59,990 nucleotides of DNA from Lutibacter sp. GTDB lineage: Bacteria; Bacteroidota; Bacteroidia; Flavobacteriales; Flavobacteriaceae. The notes beneath the pieces were generated by a model. That model was not told where the DNA came from. It saw only the letters and a list, made by a program, of their open reading frames with translations, and did no database searches. Below, piece after piece: positions 29,371 through 39,359 of this stretch. The translations under genes and the position numbers were made by a program. The first letter of the stretch is position 1. Each line of letters begins with the position of its first letter. The stretch is from assembly GCA_028696945.1 (NCBI GenBank), contig JAQVGD010000001.1, forward strand, positions 1 through 59,990. The letters are read 5' to 3'.

Positions 29371-32100
29371 TCATTTTTCAATTAATTCATTAATATTTTT
29401 AGTAGCTTCTGTTTTAAAATATTGGTAGTCCTTAACAGGTGCTTTGTAGTGTACTTCTACTCCTAAAGTGGCGAAGTGCTTTAATGCACAATTTATTTTA
29501 TATACTTCGCTTTCCTTCAATGCCTTTTTATCATTAATATCATTTGTTCCTTTAGTTTCAATAACAAAATAAAACTCGCTTTCTTTCCCATCACGCAATT
29601 GTTTACGCTTCATCACGATTCCAAAATCTGGGTTATAATTCCCAATTGGTGTAGGAATTTGATAATAAGCGGGAAGTTTCATAAAGCAAACAACTTCATC
29701 ATCTAAATCTGTTCCCAATGCAAATTTTCTTTCTATATCGCTATCTGTAAGCATTCGGTTGTAAAATCCTCTGTTCGGTGTGTCTCGATATTGGTTGTCA
29801 TCAACTTGTTTTACAAAATCGTTGAATTCGAAAGGAAAAGTTTCGTCCGTCAAATGATAACTCAAACCTCTTATCATTTCTTCCAGTTCTATATTCTTAA
29901 TTAAGGATGTTGCTTGATGAATAAATTGCGGTGGATTTTTCGCGAAGTTCTCGTGATTTGTTTCTCCAATTATTTCAATAGTTGTGTTATAACTTAGTCC
30001 TGTGTTTTCACTTATTTCTTCTACTAAATCTAATGCTGAAAAATGAGCTTTTAATTTGTAATTTTCCTTTCCACCAAATTCATCTTCAATACCTTCTTCT
30101 GTAATAGAACCAATAGTTCGGCTACTTACTTCTGCAACATAATCTGCAATTTCAATTGTATTTAACGCTTCTTTACTTCTTTCAATTAAAGATGCTTCAT
30201 CAAAACACACGGTGTAATTCGTTTTCTTTGCTAAAGCATTCCAGAATCGTTTAAACGCCTTGTTGATAGTGTCATTTTTACTACGTTTAAATTGAACTTC
30301 ATTTTGTTTTTCGCCTTTGTGTGTATGAGTCATTCCTGCACCTGCATTTGGACTGCCGTAAACCTCTTTTATTTCCTCTTGATATTGCGTTACAAAAGTT
30401 TCGTAAGTTTCGTTCGGAACTACTGTTAGTTGGTTAATTCGTTCATCATCACTTACATTTAATTTGTCATAAACACGCTGACCATTCATATCTACACATA
30501 TTCTCAATCCTCTACCAATTTCTTGACGTTTTTTAATTTCAGAAAAAGAATTGCTCAAAGTCGCAATGTTAAAAATATTCGGATTGTCCCAACCAACGCC
30601 CAAAGCTGAGTGGGAAAAGATAAATTCGATTTTATTGGAAATGGAATCACCAAAGCTTAACAACCCTTTTTTGTCTTTTAAGATGGCATCAAAAACTTCT
30701 GAGTTTTTGCGCATTGAGTTTTCGTTATCTGTAAACTCATTTTTTGTAGTTTTTGCAAAATACGAACCTTGAATCATTTCAATATGCGCTGCTGTAGGTT
30801 CATTATCCCGATAGCTATCGGGATGAAATTCAGGATATATTTCTTTATACTTTTCAATGAAAAGGTTCTTGATTATTGGGTCGTCACTTACATAATTGGC
30901 AACTTTATCAATAAAAATAAGCGACAGGCATTTTATGCCTTTTTCTTGTAGTTTTTGTTTTTTTGTAAAGTGACGAATTATGAGCCATTCTAATTGTAAA
31001 GCCCAAATACTTTGCACATTTCCAGAAGCTTGTTTTTCAAAAATCTCAACTCCATTATGAAAACTTACAGACCATTTTCCAGTTCTTAGACTTTTGTTGA
31101 TTCTGCTAATTGAATACTTTAAATAACTTGGGTTATTCGTTACTTCACCTAAGTTATCTCCATCTTCGAGCCATTTAGAATCTTTAAATTCAATCTTTCC
31201 ACTTGCCAATTGATGCCAGGCTTTGATTTTTACTTGAATTATATTTTTGACATTTTTAATTTCAGAAAGTTCCAGTTTTAAAGTGGCTTCATCATTTTTT
31301 TCAGTAACGGTTAAAACTTCAATCTTTTTTACTAAACCTTGTTTGTAACTGTCATAAGGAGTTAGGCGATAGATTTTGTTTTTTGCGACTTTGTGAGTTG
31401 CCGAATATCTAATTTTGAATAAAGGGTTGAGTTTCGCTATTTGTTTTAGGGAGTTTGGAGTATCCATTCCTTCTTGCGGTTCATCCATTATGATAATTGG
31501 ATTTGTTCGTCCAATAGCTTCAATAAATGGAATGTTTGCAAATAAATCTTCTCTTTTGGCTTGATTCAAAATTTTATCTTCTGAGTTAAAAGAGGCCAAA
31601 GTCATTACCATTATTTGTGGATGTTGCTCTTCTACAAAGTTGGTTACATTATTCAGTCGTTTACTACTGTATTCGAATGCTTTCGGTGTAAATCCATAAA
31701 TTTCTTCCAGTTGTTCTTCAAAAAGCGAAAGTGTACTTAAAACACCTTGTCTGATAGCAACTGATGGCACAAGAATGATGAATTTTGTAAATCCGTAGTG
31801 TTTAAACATTTCGTAAATAGACTTAATGTAAACAAGGGTTTTTCCTGTTCCTGTTTCCATTTCAATAGTCAACTCACGTACTTCTTCAAGTTTAGCATCG
31901 TTTTTATCAATTCTGTTTTCAAGTAAAATCGATTTGATATTCTCAGTTAATTGCTCATTAGATAGTGTGCAAAAATTTGAACGAATACCATCTGTGCAAG
32001 CATTATCAAATGTATTTCTGTCGTTCCCATCAAATACATTCACAACTGATTTAATTGCGGTTTCCTGGTATTCTAATAGTTCTAATTTTAATTCCATCAA
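29371..32100 (-). CDS. res: Type III R-M restriction subunit
   Basis: EMETGTGKT (Walker A), DEPQ, RYSATH, GWDNPN, QEIGRGLR, nuclease YNPDFG...IETKG. Confidence 0.95.
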   Translation of the reverse strand: MMELKLELLEYQETAIKSVVNVFDGNDRNTFDNACTDGIRSNFCTLSNEQLTENIKSILLENRIDKNDAKLEEVRELTIEMETGTGKTLVYIKSIYEMFKHYGFTKFIILVPSVAIRQGVLSTLSLFEEQLEEIYGFTPKAFEYSSKRLNNVTNFVEEQHPQIMVMTLASFNSEDKILNQAKREDLFANIPFIEAIGRTNPIIIMDEPQEGMDTPNSLKQIAKLNPLFKIRYSATHKVAKNKIYRLTPYDSYKQGLVKKIEVLTVTEKNDEATLKLELSEIKNVKNIIQVKIKAWHQLASGKIEFKDSKWLEDGDNLGEVTNNPSYLKYSISRINKSLRTGKWSVSFHNGVEIFEKQASGNVQSIWALQLEWLIIRHFTKKQKLQEKGIKCLSLIFIDKVANYVSDDPIIKNLFIEKYKEIYPEFHPDSYRDNEPTAAHIEMIQGSYFAKTTKNEFTDNENSMRKNSEVFDAILKDKKGLLSFGDSISNKIEFIFSHSALGVGWDNPNIFNIATLSNSFSEIKKRQEIGRGLRICVDMNGQRVYDKLNVSDDERINQLTVVPNETYETFVTQYQEEIKEVYGSPNAGAGMTHTHKGEKQNEVQFKRSKNDTINKAFKRFWNALAKKTNYTVCFDEASLIERSKEALNTIEIADYVAEVSSRTIGSITEEGIEDEFGGKENYKLKAHFSALDLVEEISENTGLSYNTTIEIIGETNHENFAKNPPQFIHQATSLIKNIELEEMIRGLSYHLTDETFPFEFNDFVKQVDDNQYRDTPNRGFYNRMLTDSDIERKFALGTDLDDEVVCFMKLPAYYQIPTPIGNYNPDFGIVMKRKQLRDGKESEFYFVIETKGTNDINDKKALKESEVYKINCALKHFATLGVEVHYKAPVKDYQYFKTEATKNINELIEK

Positions 32101-32414
32101 TTTCCGCTTTTATTTTTGCTTATGTATTTCATTTTTTTCTCTGCTACTTTTAGTGCTTTACTGCCAAGTTCTTCATCTTTTATTTCGTAAAGTATTTTTT
32201 CGCTTAAATACTGAACGAGTAAATCATCTTGATTTAATTCAAGTATTTTAGCAAGTTTTATAATCTGTTCCTTCGTAGCTTTTCTCTCGCTTCTTTCTAT
32301 TTTGCTGAGTATTGCAGTATCAATATCCAATTCCGCAGAAACGTGGCGTAAAAGCAGTCCTTTTTCCTCTCGTTTTTCTCGTAGAATTTCGCCCGTTGAT
32401 TTGTTATTTTCCAT
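32097..32414 (-). CDS. XRE-family HTH regulator
   Basis: GEILREKREEKG...LSKIERSERK; ATGA overlap with res. Confidence 0.9.
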   Translation of the reverse strand: MENNKSTGEILREKREEKGLLLRHVSAELDIDTAILSKIERSERKATKEQIIKLAKILELNQDDLLVQYLSEKILYEIKDEELGSKALKVAEKKMKYISKNKSGN

Positions 32415-32442
32415 TTGTAAAATATCACTTGTTTATTAGCAC

Positions 32443-32486
32443 TTGACAGTTAATGTCAAATATATTGAGTCTTTTTTGATTTTCAA
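32443..32486 (-). promoter_or_regulatory. Promoter with overlapping operator for the HTH-res-KilA-mod locus
   Basis: Minus strand TTG(32486-32484)-N19-TATATTTG(32464-32457); inverted repeat TTGACA-N5-TGTCAA at 32443-32459. Confidence 0.75.
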
Positions 32487-32715
32487 TGATTTATTCCCCC
32501 AAACTTTTTAACAGTCTTTGAACAATGGGAAAAAATAGCTCTTTTGGTTTTTTAGGATGGGCTTGTGTGTTGGGAAAAACCAAATGTGCTATTTGTGCGG
32601 ATGGTTTTTTTTGGGGTTAACTGTTAGATAGCTGGTAATATATAAGAAAAATAAAATGTTATAAACAATTGATTTCTAACACACTCCTCTTTTTCTAAAA
32701 TTTTGCGTTTGGCTC

Positions 32716-35394
32716 CTAGCGTTTTTTATACAGAATATACAACACAATTAAAACTGCCGTCATAATTAAGAGCCATCCAAAATTAAAAGTATTTTTGTCT
32801 GTAAGTTCGGTTTCTCCAATATAAACAAAACTTGCCCAATAATAAGGCGATTTTTTACTTGAAGCGATATTTTTATCATTCAAATACGCCAATTTTGAAA
32901 GGTGCAATGCTTCTGCTTTATTCCCGTTTTCGCTATATTGTCCATAAAAATCCGACATTATTTTTTCGGTGGATTTATCGTTTACTTGCCACAAAGATAC
33001 TATCAGGTTTTTAACACCTGCATACGAAAATCCGCGAGCCAAACTCATTGCGCCTTCTCCTTTTCTTAACATTCCCAATCCAGTTTCACAAGCACTTAAA
33101 ACCAACAAATCCGTTTGCAAATTGTAGCCATAAATCTCAGTTAAGTACAACGTTTCGTCATAAAACTCTATGGCTGGCGGCGTAAAATAATCTCCTGCGG
33201 TTGCGTGGGTTGATAAATGAATGATAGAATAATTAGCTGCGAGTTTTTCAAAAGTATTTTTGGAAGCATCCGACTTCAACAAAACAGTTCCTTGCACTTC
33301 ATTTTTAATGCTTTTGGCTTCTTGCAAGGTATAGTTTAACATTGATAAATTTCGGTGGTTATTTTCAAAAATCGGAAAAAATCCAATAAAACTGTTTTTT
33401 ACTTTTTGGTTTGTTTTGGTTTCATGCATTAATATAGTTGCCGAATAGGCATAACTAATCGCGTGTTTTCTTATTAAATAAGTCATTTTATCAAAATTGA
33501 CAATGGCTTTTTTTTCAGTAAGTAAGGCATCAAAAGGAAAAAATGAAAATAATCCATCGGGCACAATAATGATGTTCTTGTTTGGCTGTGGACCGATTAA
33601 TTTTTTATACAATTCGTAGCCCAATGCCGTGTAATTTTTTATATTATTTTGAAGCGCAATGCCTCGTGGATCAGAGAATAAATTCAAAAATGTGGAAATT
33701 TGGGTTATAAAATCCAGGTTTTTTTCAATTTTAGCCATGGAAATTGGATTGCCCTTCGAGATGGAGAAAATATAGACGTTTTTATTCCCATCAAAAAATT
33801 CCATAAACAATTCGTTGTTTTTTAAAACCGATTTCTTTAAGTTTTTTGAAGTAATTAAGCTGTCGTTCAGTATTTTTAATTGCGGATATTTTAAATTAAT
33901 TTGCTGTTTCAGCAATTGTAAATTATTAAAAATTGTGTTGCGTTCTTTGGTTAAATTGGCCAACAAATTAACATTTGCGCCTTTTCCTTTTAAGGATTCG
34001 ACCACAATATTCTTATGAAGCTGCGCATTTTTAAAAAGCAATTCCTTCTCTTTTAAAAACAAAGAGTCGTTTTTAAATTTAGATTTTGCCGATCCCGTTT
34101 CTTTGGCTTCGAGCAATACTGCGGATTTTGATTGTTCAGCAAACTGAAAGGCCTCTTCAATCCACGTATTCTCTCTATTTTGTGTGTATAAATTATAACA
34201 CAGTTCAATACATTTTTCACTTCTGTCTCTATTTTCCTGTTGCTGCAGCAACTTTGCATTTTGTGTTAAATAAGTGGATCGAAGTTCTGCTTCAACCAAA
34301 AAAGATAGTTTGTAATTTTTTAAAGCTTCTTCATTATTTTTGATTTCAACAAATAAAGAAGCCCTTCCATCCAAAGCTTCTTTCAAAGTATTTTCAGGAT
34401 AAAAGTAGGTGGATTCGGGATTTTCAAAAGCATTTTTAGGTTGATAATTAGGAAGTAAGGCACTTAGCGATTTTTGATAAAAACCTAAGGCTTTGTCATT
34501 TTCGTTTTTACCACGATAGGCTTCTGCAATTTGATTGTAAATTTTAGCGATTTCACGGTTATTTTTTCCATAAACACGTATCGCATTTTTTAGAGCACTT
34601 TCAAATTTTAAAATGGCCTTATCAAATTCGTTTTTTTTAAGAAAACAACCTGCCAGTGTTTTGTCATTTTGGGCAATAATTTCTATTTCATTTTTATGGT
34701 TTAACCTATTGGACAAAACCGCATTTTCTTCCGCTTTTTGAACTGACCCCAACATTAAAAAATTAATGGCCAAATCGGAATGAATTTTTGATTTCTCCTG
34801 ATTCGAATTGGATAAATCCAAAGCCATTTTCAGGTAATTTATCGCAGTTTCATAATTACCCTTCGTTCTGAAAACGATGGATAAATTTGAATATCCTGCA
34901 ATAACTTGATCCTTTCTTTTCTCGTTTTGCGCTTTTTCAATGGTAATTTTTATAATATCTTCCGCCCTATCCGAATCGCCAAGTCTGGTATAATTATTTG
35001 CCAAAGGCTTTAGGCAAAATTCAATAATATCAAATTTTATAAGCTTGTTTTTTGCATAAAAAGCATAAGCTTCTTCATATTGAATAATGGATTGCCCAAT
35101 AAATCCGTACTGTTTTAAATAATAAGCATAATTAATGTGAAAATAGAGTTTTGCTGTATTTTCCTTTTCATTAATAGGATTTCGCCACAAATCAGCCAAA
35201 ACTGTTTCGAAAATCGTTAATTTTTCTGATGAAGGATTGTTTGCAAATTCATCTAAATGCACATAGATAAATTCCGCCAAATTATTTTGCTTCTTCAGGG
35301 AATCAACTTGTGTTTTAAAATTTGGGCTTGACTTTTGTGCAACAACGGATAAACTAAAAAATACTAAAAAAACAAAGAGTTTGTTCATTAACAT
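32716..35394 (-). CDS. Exported, membrane-anchored TPR-CHAT (caspase-like) protease
   Basis: Signal peptide, TPR repeats, IIVPDG, IIHLSTHA (His), LVLSACETG (Cys), SLARGF.YAG, SLWQVND, SPYYWASF, C-terminal TM helix plus KKR. Confidence 0.92.
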   Translation of the reverse strand: MLMNKLFVFLVFFSLSVVAQKSSPNFKTQVDSLKKQNNLAEFIYVHLDEFANNPSSEKLTIFETVLADLWRNPINEKENTAKLYFHINYAYYLKQYGFIGQSIIQYEEAYAFYAKNKLIKFDIIEFCLKPLANNYTRLGDSDRAEDIIKITIEKAQNEKRKDQVIAGYSNLSIVFRTKGNYETAINYLKMALDLSNSNQEKSKIHSDLAINFLMLGSVQKAEENAVLSNRLNHKNEIEIIAQNDKTLAGCFLKKNEFDKAILKFESALKNAIRVYGKNNREIAKIYNQIAEAYRGKNENDKALGFYQKSLSALLPNYQPKNAFENPESTYFYPENTLKEALDGRASLFVEIKNNEEALKNYKLSFLVEAELRSTYLTQNAKLLQQQENRDRSEKCIELCYNLYTQNRENTWIEEAFQFAEQSKSAVLLEAKETGSAKSKFKNDSLFLKEKELLFKNAQLHKNIVVESLKGKGANVNLLANLTKERNTIFNNLQLLKQQINLKYPQLKILNDSLITSKNLKKSVLKNNELFMEFFDGNKNVYIFSISKGNPISMAKIEKNLDFITQISTFLNLFSDPRGIALQNNIKNYTALGYELYKKLIGPQPNKNIIIVPDGLFSFFPFDALLTEKKAIVNFDKMTYLIRKHAISYAYSATILMHETKTNQKVKNSFIGFFPIFENNHRNLSMLNYTLQEAKSIKNEVQGTVLLKSDASKNTFEKLAANYSIIHLSTHATAGDYFTPPAIEFYDETLYLTEIYGYNLQTDLLVLSACETGLGMLRKGEGAMSLARGFSYAGVKNLIVSLWQVNDKSTEKIMSDFYGQYSENGNKAEALHLSKLAYLNDKNIASSKKSPYYWASFVYIGETELTDKNTFNFGWLLIMTAVLIVLYILYKKR

Positions 35395-35403
35395 CGTTTA
35401 AAT

Positions 35404-37398
35404 TTATATTTTCCAGATGGCATAAAAATGAAGCTGCGCGTGCGGTTCCTTGAAATTGTATATATAACGGAAGCCCACACTTGGTCCAATTCTGGAAGCA
35501 CCAATGGTAATGTCTCCAAAAACACCATATTTTATGTCGCCAAACGAAGATTTTTCCGACACAGTTTCGGTTGTGGAAAGTTTGTCTATTGGATCTCCAA
35601 TTTGATTGTCAAAATAAGTAAAATAACTTGAGCTTTTTGTACTGTTTATTTTATTTGAAATGTCAAATGAAATTTGCGGACCTACACCCAATCCAAAAAC
35701 ACCGTTTATATTGTAACGAAACGAAACCGGCACCACATCAATATTAAGTTTTGTGTAAGCTGCATTGGTTTCATCAAACCGAATTGCGTTGTCAACAACG
35801 GTTCCATCATCCATAAAAATTGGCCCCAATTGTTTGCTAGTGCTTTTAAACTCGGCAAATTCATGGGTAGCCATCATTAATTCCGCCTGCAGGTATTTTT
35901 TATAAGATTTATAGGGAGAAATTGTGGCACCCACAAAATAGGCTTTTGAATCTTTTAAATCGGGGAAACTATTGTAACCGGCTTTTACGCCGATTGATAT
36001 TCCTGGAGAAAAACGCGAGGTGGAAGTGTTGGTAACAATCGGCTCGTTTTTGTCAAAAATAATTTCCGTTTTGCTTTTCGATTTTTGTTTGTGGAAATCC
36101 TTTCCAAATTTCATAGCGTATTTTACAAATCCCTTGGTCGAATCTTTGTCGTAAACCCCTTTTTGGGCGGTTCCTGGCAAATAAATATTTTTAAATTGAA
36201 AAGTAATTTTGTCTTTTGAAATAATGGTGTCCAAACAACTAAAATTTACTTCTTCTTTTGGGCAAATCGGACATTTCGGATACATCTCGATCACTTCTAA
36301 GGTAGATTTGTCCAACATATCAGGCACTTCAACATTTAATTTTATCAATCTGGCTGGGCCTTCACCGTTATTTTGAAATTGTACTTTGTATTTTAAACGT
36401 TTAAAACGAACCAGTCTGTAATTCAGTCGGGTATCATAAACAGCCATTTTATTCGGATCGTGAGAAGTCACAATTTCCATCTCTTTGTTCAGCACTTTAT
36501 GAGAATCGTTGCCGCGTTCTGGCACATAAATACTGCGAATTGAAATAACTGCACTGGTATCTTTCAACATTTCTGGCGTGGTTTTGAAAGTGTAAAACAT
36601 GTTCCTCGCTTCGTTTGGCTGAACATTGTTTACCTCAAAAATTTTAAAATCTCGATAATAAACCTTTGCTTCCGCCAAAGAAAGTGGCAAATTCTGTTTT
36701 AACGTATCATTTACCAGTAATTTTTCATCCATAAAAGTTGAAATTCCGGTGGATTGCACCAGCTCATTTTTCGAAATATAACGTTGATTATCAGCAACTA
36801 TTTCTTCTGAAATTTCTTGCTCATTATTATACAATCTTACCGCAACCAAATCAAAATTTTTAGCTTTGAATTTTTGTTCATTAAAAAACAAATAAATTTT
36901 TCCGTTGGTAGGATATTCTTTGTCATTTCCATAACTTAACACCAACTGCATTTCCTCTTCCGGTATGGGATCTCTATTGGTTTGCAATCTAAATCCGTTG
37001 TGTGCCGCCAACAAATATTGTTTTTCATTTTCAGTGGTATCAAAACTTTCTTCGTTTATAGAAATTTCTTTTGGCCGTGTTGTTGGCGGTTTTCCATCAT
37101 CGTAATTGTTGGTTACTGAAAGCTGAGCTGTGTAGTTTCCTTTATTTTTATAGGTGTGAATTGGCTTTTCTTTAAAACTGTAATTTCCGTCTCCAAACTC
37201 CCAATAATACGTATAAAACGCTTTTGGAGCCCCTGCAATTTGGTTGAGTTGCGGGGTTTCTGGAATAAAAGAAACTTTATTTCCATTGATGGAATGGCCA
37301 ATGGTTGCCGTTCTAGTGACGGTATCATTTTTTATGGATTGCGCCCCTAAAATTTGACTTAGCGCAAAGACGAAAATAATGGTTGTTTGTTTTAACAT
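35404..37398 (-). CDS. PKD-domain protein with Ig-like domains and a probable C-terminal OM beta-barrel
   Basis: Likely start at ATG 37398 (signal peptide MLKQTTIIFVF); YYWEFGDG...HTY; SHDPN...VQFQNNGEGPA; GVKAGYN...HFYAIWKI. Confidence 0.8.
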   Translation of the reverse strand: MLKQTTIIFVFALSQILGAQSIKNDTVTRTATIGHSINGNKVSFIPETPQLNQIAGAPKAFYTYYWEFGDGNYSFKEKPIHTYKNKGNYTAQLSVTNNYDDGKPPTTRPKEISINEESFDTTENEKQYLLAAHNGFRLQTNRDPIPEEEMQLVLSYGNDKEYPTNGKIYLFFNEQKFKAKNFDLVAVRLYNNEQEISEEIVADNQRYISKNELVQSTGISTFMDEKLLVNDTLKQNLPLSLAEAKVYYRDFKIFEVNNVQPNEARNMFYTFKTTPEMLKDTSAVISIRSIYVPERGNDSHKVLNKEMEIVTSHDPNKMAVYDTRLNYRLVRFKRLKYKVQFQNNGEGPARLIKLNVEVPDMLDKSTLEVIEMYPKCPICPKEEVNFSCLDTIISKDKITFQFKNIYLPGTAQKGVYDKDSTKGFVKYAMKFGKDFHKQKSKSKTEIIFDKNEPIVTNTSTSRFSPGISIGVKAGYNSFPDLKDSKAYFVGATISPYKSYKKYLQAELMMATHEFAEFKSTSKQLGPIFMDDGTVVDNAIRFDETNAAYTKLNIDVVPVSFRYNINGVFGLGVGPQISFDISNKINSTKSSSYFTYFDNQIGDPIDKLSTTETVSEKSSFGDIKYGVFGDITIGASRIGPSVGFRYIYNFKEPHAQLHFYAIWKI

Positions 37399-37416
37399 AA
37401 GAGCCGCATTTAAAAA

Positions 37417-37424
37417 CAAATATA
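37417..37424 (-). promoter_or_regulatory. Housekeeping -7 box for the PKD-CHAT gene pair
   Basis: TATATTTG on the minus strand, 18 nt before ATG 37398. Confidence 0.55.
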
Positions 37425-37538
37425 AAAAAAGCATTCTAATAATGCCTATTTGAGGTTCGGGTATTGAATGTCAATGTTCTAAACCATTCATTACTACCAT
37501 ATTGATTGATAAATGTACAAAAATATTGAATGAATAAA

Positions 37539-37566
37539 ACTCTTCTGCCAAAAATGGCAGAAGAGT
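37539..37566 (-). terminator. Terminator after the lipoprotein gene
   Basis: actcttctgcca-aaaa-tggcagaagagt, followed by T residues on the minus strand. Confidence 0.8.
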
Positions 37567-37599
37567 CACTATTAATAGATTGCTAAATTTGTAGGTGAA

Positions 37600-38658
37600 T
37601 TATGGCAATCCGTTAATTAAAACTTCCAAAGCCGCCTGTGAGATTGGACTTAAACTTGGGATCGTTTCAATATGATTTTGCACAACAGTAGTTCCTTGAA
37701 TAGCGTAATTTAATTGTCCGTTAATTTCGGCTACCATAATAATATGCACTTCCATTCCAACAGGAATTAATCCGTAATGTTCTGTAAACATTTCTAAATC
37801 TGTATTCCAAACATCCATTCTGGCCAAGGCTGTCGGTTCTCCATCATAAGATAGATATACTGCGCAATTGTCTTTGTCAAATCCGTCTGGCACATCAATA
37901 AAAATCTCCGTTTTTGGCCCAGTAAAGTTGAACCATCTATCAAGGTTTGTCCAGCCAAAATTACCAATATTGTAATTATAAGTTACAAATACACCCGCTG
38001 CTCCCTGACCGTCTCTAACTTCGGCTGTGTCGTTTTCTCCGTTTTTATCTTCATCGGTTTCCACCCAATCGCAAGTTGCATCAATTCCATCACAATCATC
38101 ATCTTCGCCGCCTGCCCTAAAAATTTGCATTCCTCCTACAAATTCGGCTGGATTTATTGGTCGGCTGGTTAAAGATGCCATTTCCAACAATGCTAATTTA
38201 TTTCCTTCTTGCGTTGCAGCTACAAAAAATTCTCCAGCTGATTCTAAAGCCTCTTTGTCTCCATTTGCTCTTTCTCCCAAAGTAGTTCTGTTTTTCAATA
38301 ACATAGAAGCTTTGTCATAAATTTCAATCAATTGCACGGTTACATTTCCGGTAACTGGAGTTCCATTCAATCCAAAAGAATTTGGTTGAAAAGCAACTTG
38401 TGTTCCTTGTGTTCCTGTAATAACGCCACCTGATGAAGCATCTATCGTAAATTCTTGAGTTGCTTCTTGTCTGTTCTCATTAAATCGAGCTGCCAAAGCA
38501 ACACCATCTGGTTGCGGTTGCAAATCAATAATTTCATCATTGTTATTGTCGCAACTCGCAAAAATTGCAAGTATTGACAATCCCAGTACATTTTTTAAAA
38601 TACGACTTACTACTTTGCAGTTTTTTAATTCCATAAAATTTTGTGTTTGTGTTTTCAT
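37600..38658 (-). CDS. Uncharacterised acidic lipoprotein
   Basis: Lipobox FASC followed by DNNNDE; LESAGEF and FGWTNLDRW motifs. Confidence 0.8.
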   Translation of the reverse strand: MKTQTQNFMELKNCKVVSRILKNVLGLSILAIFASCDNNNDEIIDLQPQPDGVALAARFNENRQEATQEFTIDASSGGVITGTQGTQVAFQPNSFGLNGTPVTGNVTVQLIEIYDKASMLLKNRTTLGERANGDKEALESAGEFFVAATQEGNKLALLEMASLTSRPINPAEFVGGMQIFRAGGEDDDCDGIDATCDWVETDEDKNGENDTAEVRDGQGAAGVFVTYNYNIGNFGWTNLDRWFNFTGPKTEIFIDVPDGFDKDNCAVYLSYDGEPTALARMDVWNTDLEMFTEHYGLIPVGMEVHIIMVAEINGQLNYAIQGTTVVQNHIETIPSLSPISQAALEVLINGLP

Positions 38659-38699
38659 AATTATTAAATTTTAATTATTTTTAAATTCGATTTACACTT

Positions 38700-38730
38700 A
38701 CATATCAGTATCTTTTAATCTTTGTTACCC
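38700..38730 (-). promoter_or_regulatory. Candidate ECF-sigma promoter for the lipoprotein gene
   Basis: Minus strand GGGTAACAA-N16-ATATGT; same motif at 39066-39096 on the plus strand. Confidence 0.55.
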
Positions 38731-38776
38731 TTTTTTCTGAAAAAAAAATTAAATTAGCGTTTCCTAATCATTAGAA

Positions 38777-39355
38777 ATGGACCATAAAACACACGAAGAC
38801 CACATATATATTGAAGCTTTGCTAAAAAATGACAGCAGGGTACTTTCAAAGATATATATGAATTTTTCCCATAAAATTGTGTCGTTCATAAAAAAAAATA
38901 GTGGAAATGCAGATGATGCGCAAGACATTATTCAGGAAACATTGGTAACTATTTATCATCAGGCGAAAGAGAAAAATTTTATATTGACATGTCCATTCGA
39001 TGCCTATTTTTTTTTATTATGTAAAAGAAAGTGGCTAAATGAGCTTAAAAAAAGAGGAAATAACAGGGTAACAATTGTAGAAGATATAACATCTATTACA
39101 GAAGAACAAAATCAACAAGTTGAAGAAACAGAACTTTTTGAGAAAAAATATCAATTATTTGAATCTAAATTTAAAGAATTGGGTAAAAAATGTCAAGAAT
39201 TGTTAAAAGTTACTTTCAAGATTAAATCGATGGAAGAAGTTGCTAAATTTTTAGGCGTATCTTATGGTTATGCCCGCAAAAAGAAATCACAGTGTATGGG
39301 TAAACTAACCCAACTTGTAAAAAGTTCCAATGAATATCACCATTTAAAAGCATAG
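38777..39355 (+). CDS. ECF RNA polymerase sigma factor
   Basis: DAQDIIQE (region 2), KRKWLNEL, LGKKCQELL...SMEEVAKFLG..YGYARKKK (region 4). Confidence 0.9.
   Translation: MDHKTHEDHIYIEALLKNDSRVLSKIYMNFSHKIVSFIKKNSGNADDAQDIIQETLVTIYHQAKEKNFILTCPFDAYFFLLCKRKWLNELKKRGNNRVTIVEDITSITEEQNQQVEETELFEKKYQLFESKFKELGKKCQELLKVTFKIKSMEEVAKFLGVSYGYARKKKSQCMGKLTQLVKSSNEYHHLKA
39066..39096 (+). promoter_or_regulatory. Candidate intragenic ECF promoter facing the anti-sigma gene
   Basis: GGGTAACAA-N16-ATCTAT inside the sigma ORF. Confidence 0.4.
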
Positions 39356-39359
39356 CCAA

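Noticed and set aside
32716-35394. Calling the CHAT locus a type III-E CRISPR (Craspase) system
   Set aside because: No Cas7-11, Csx30/Csx31 or array is present, and the protease has export signals
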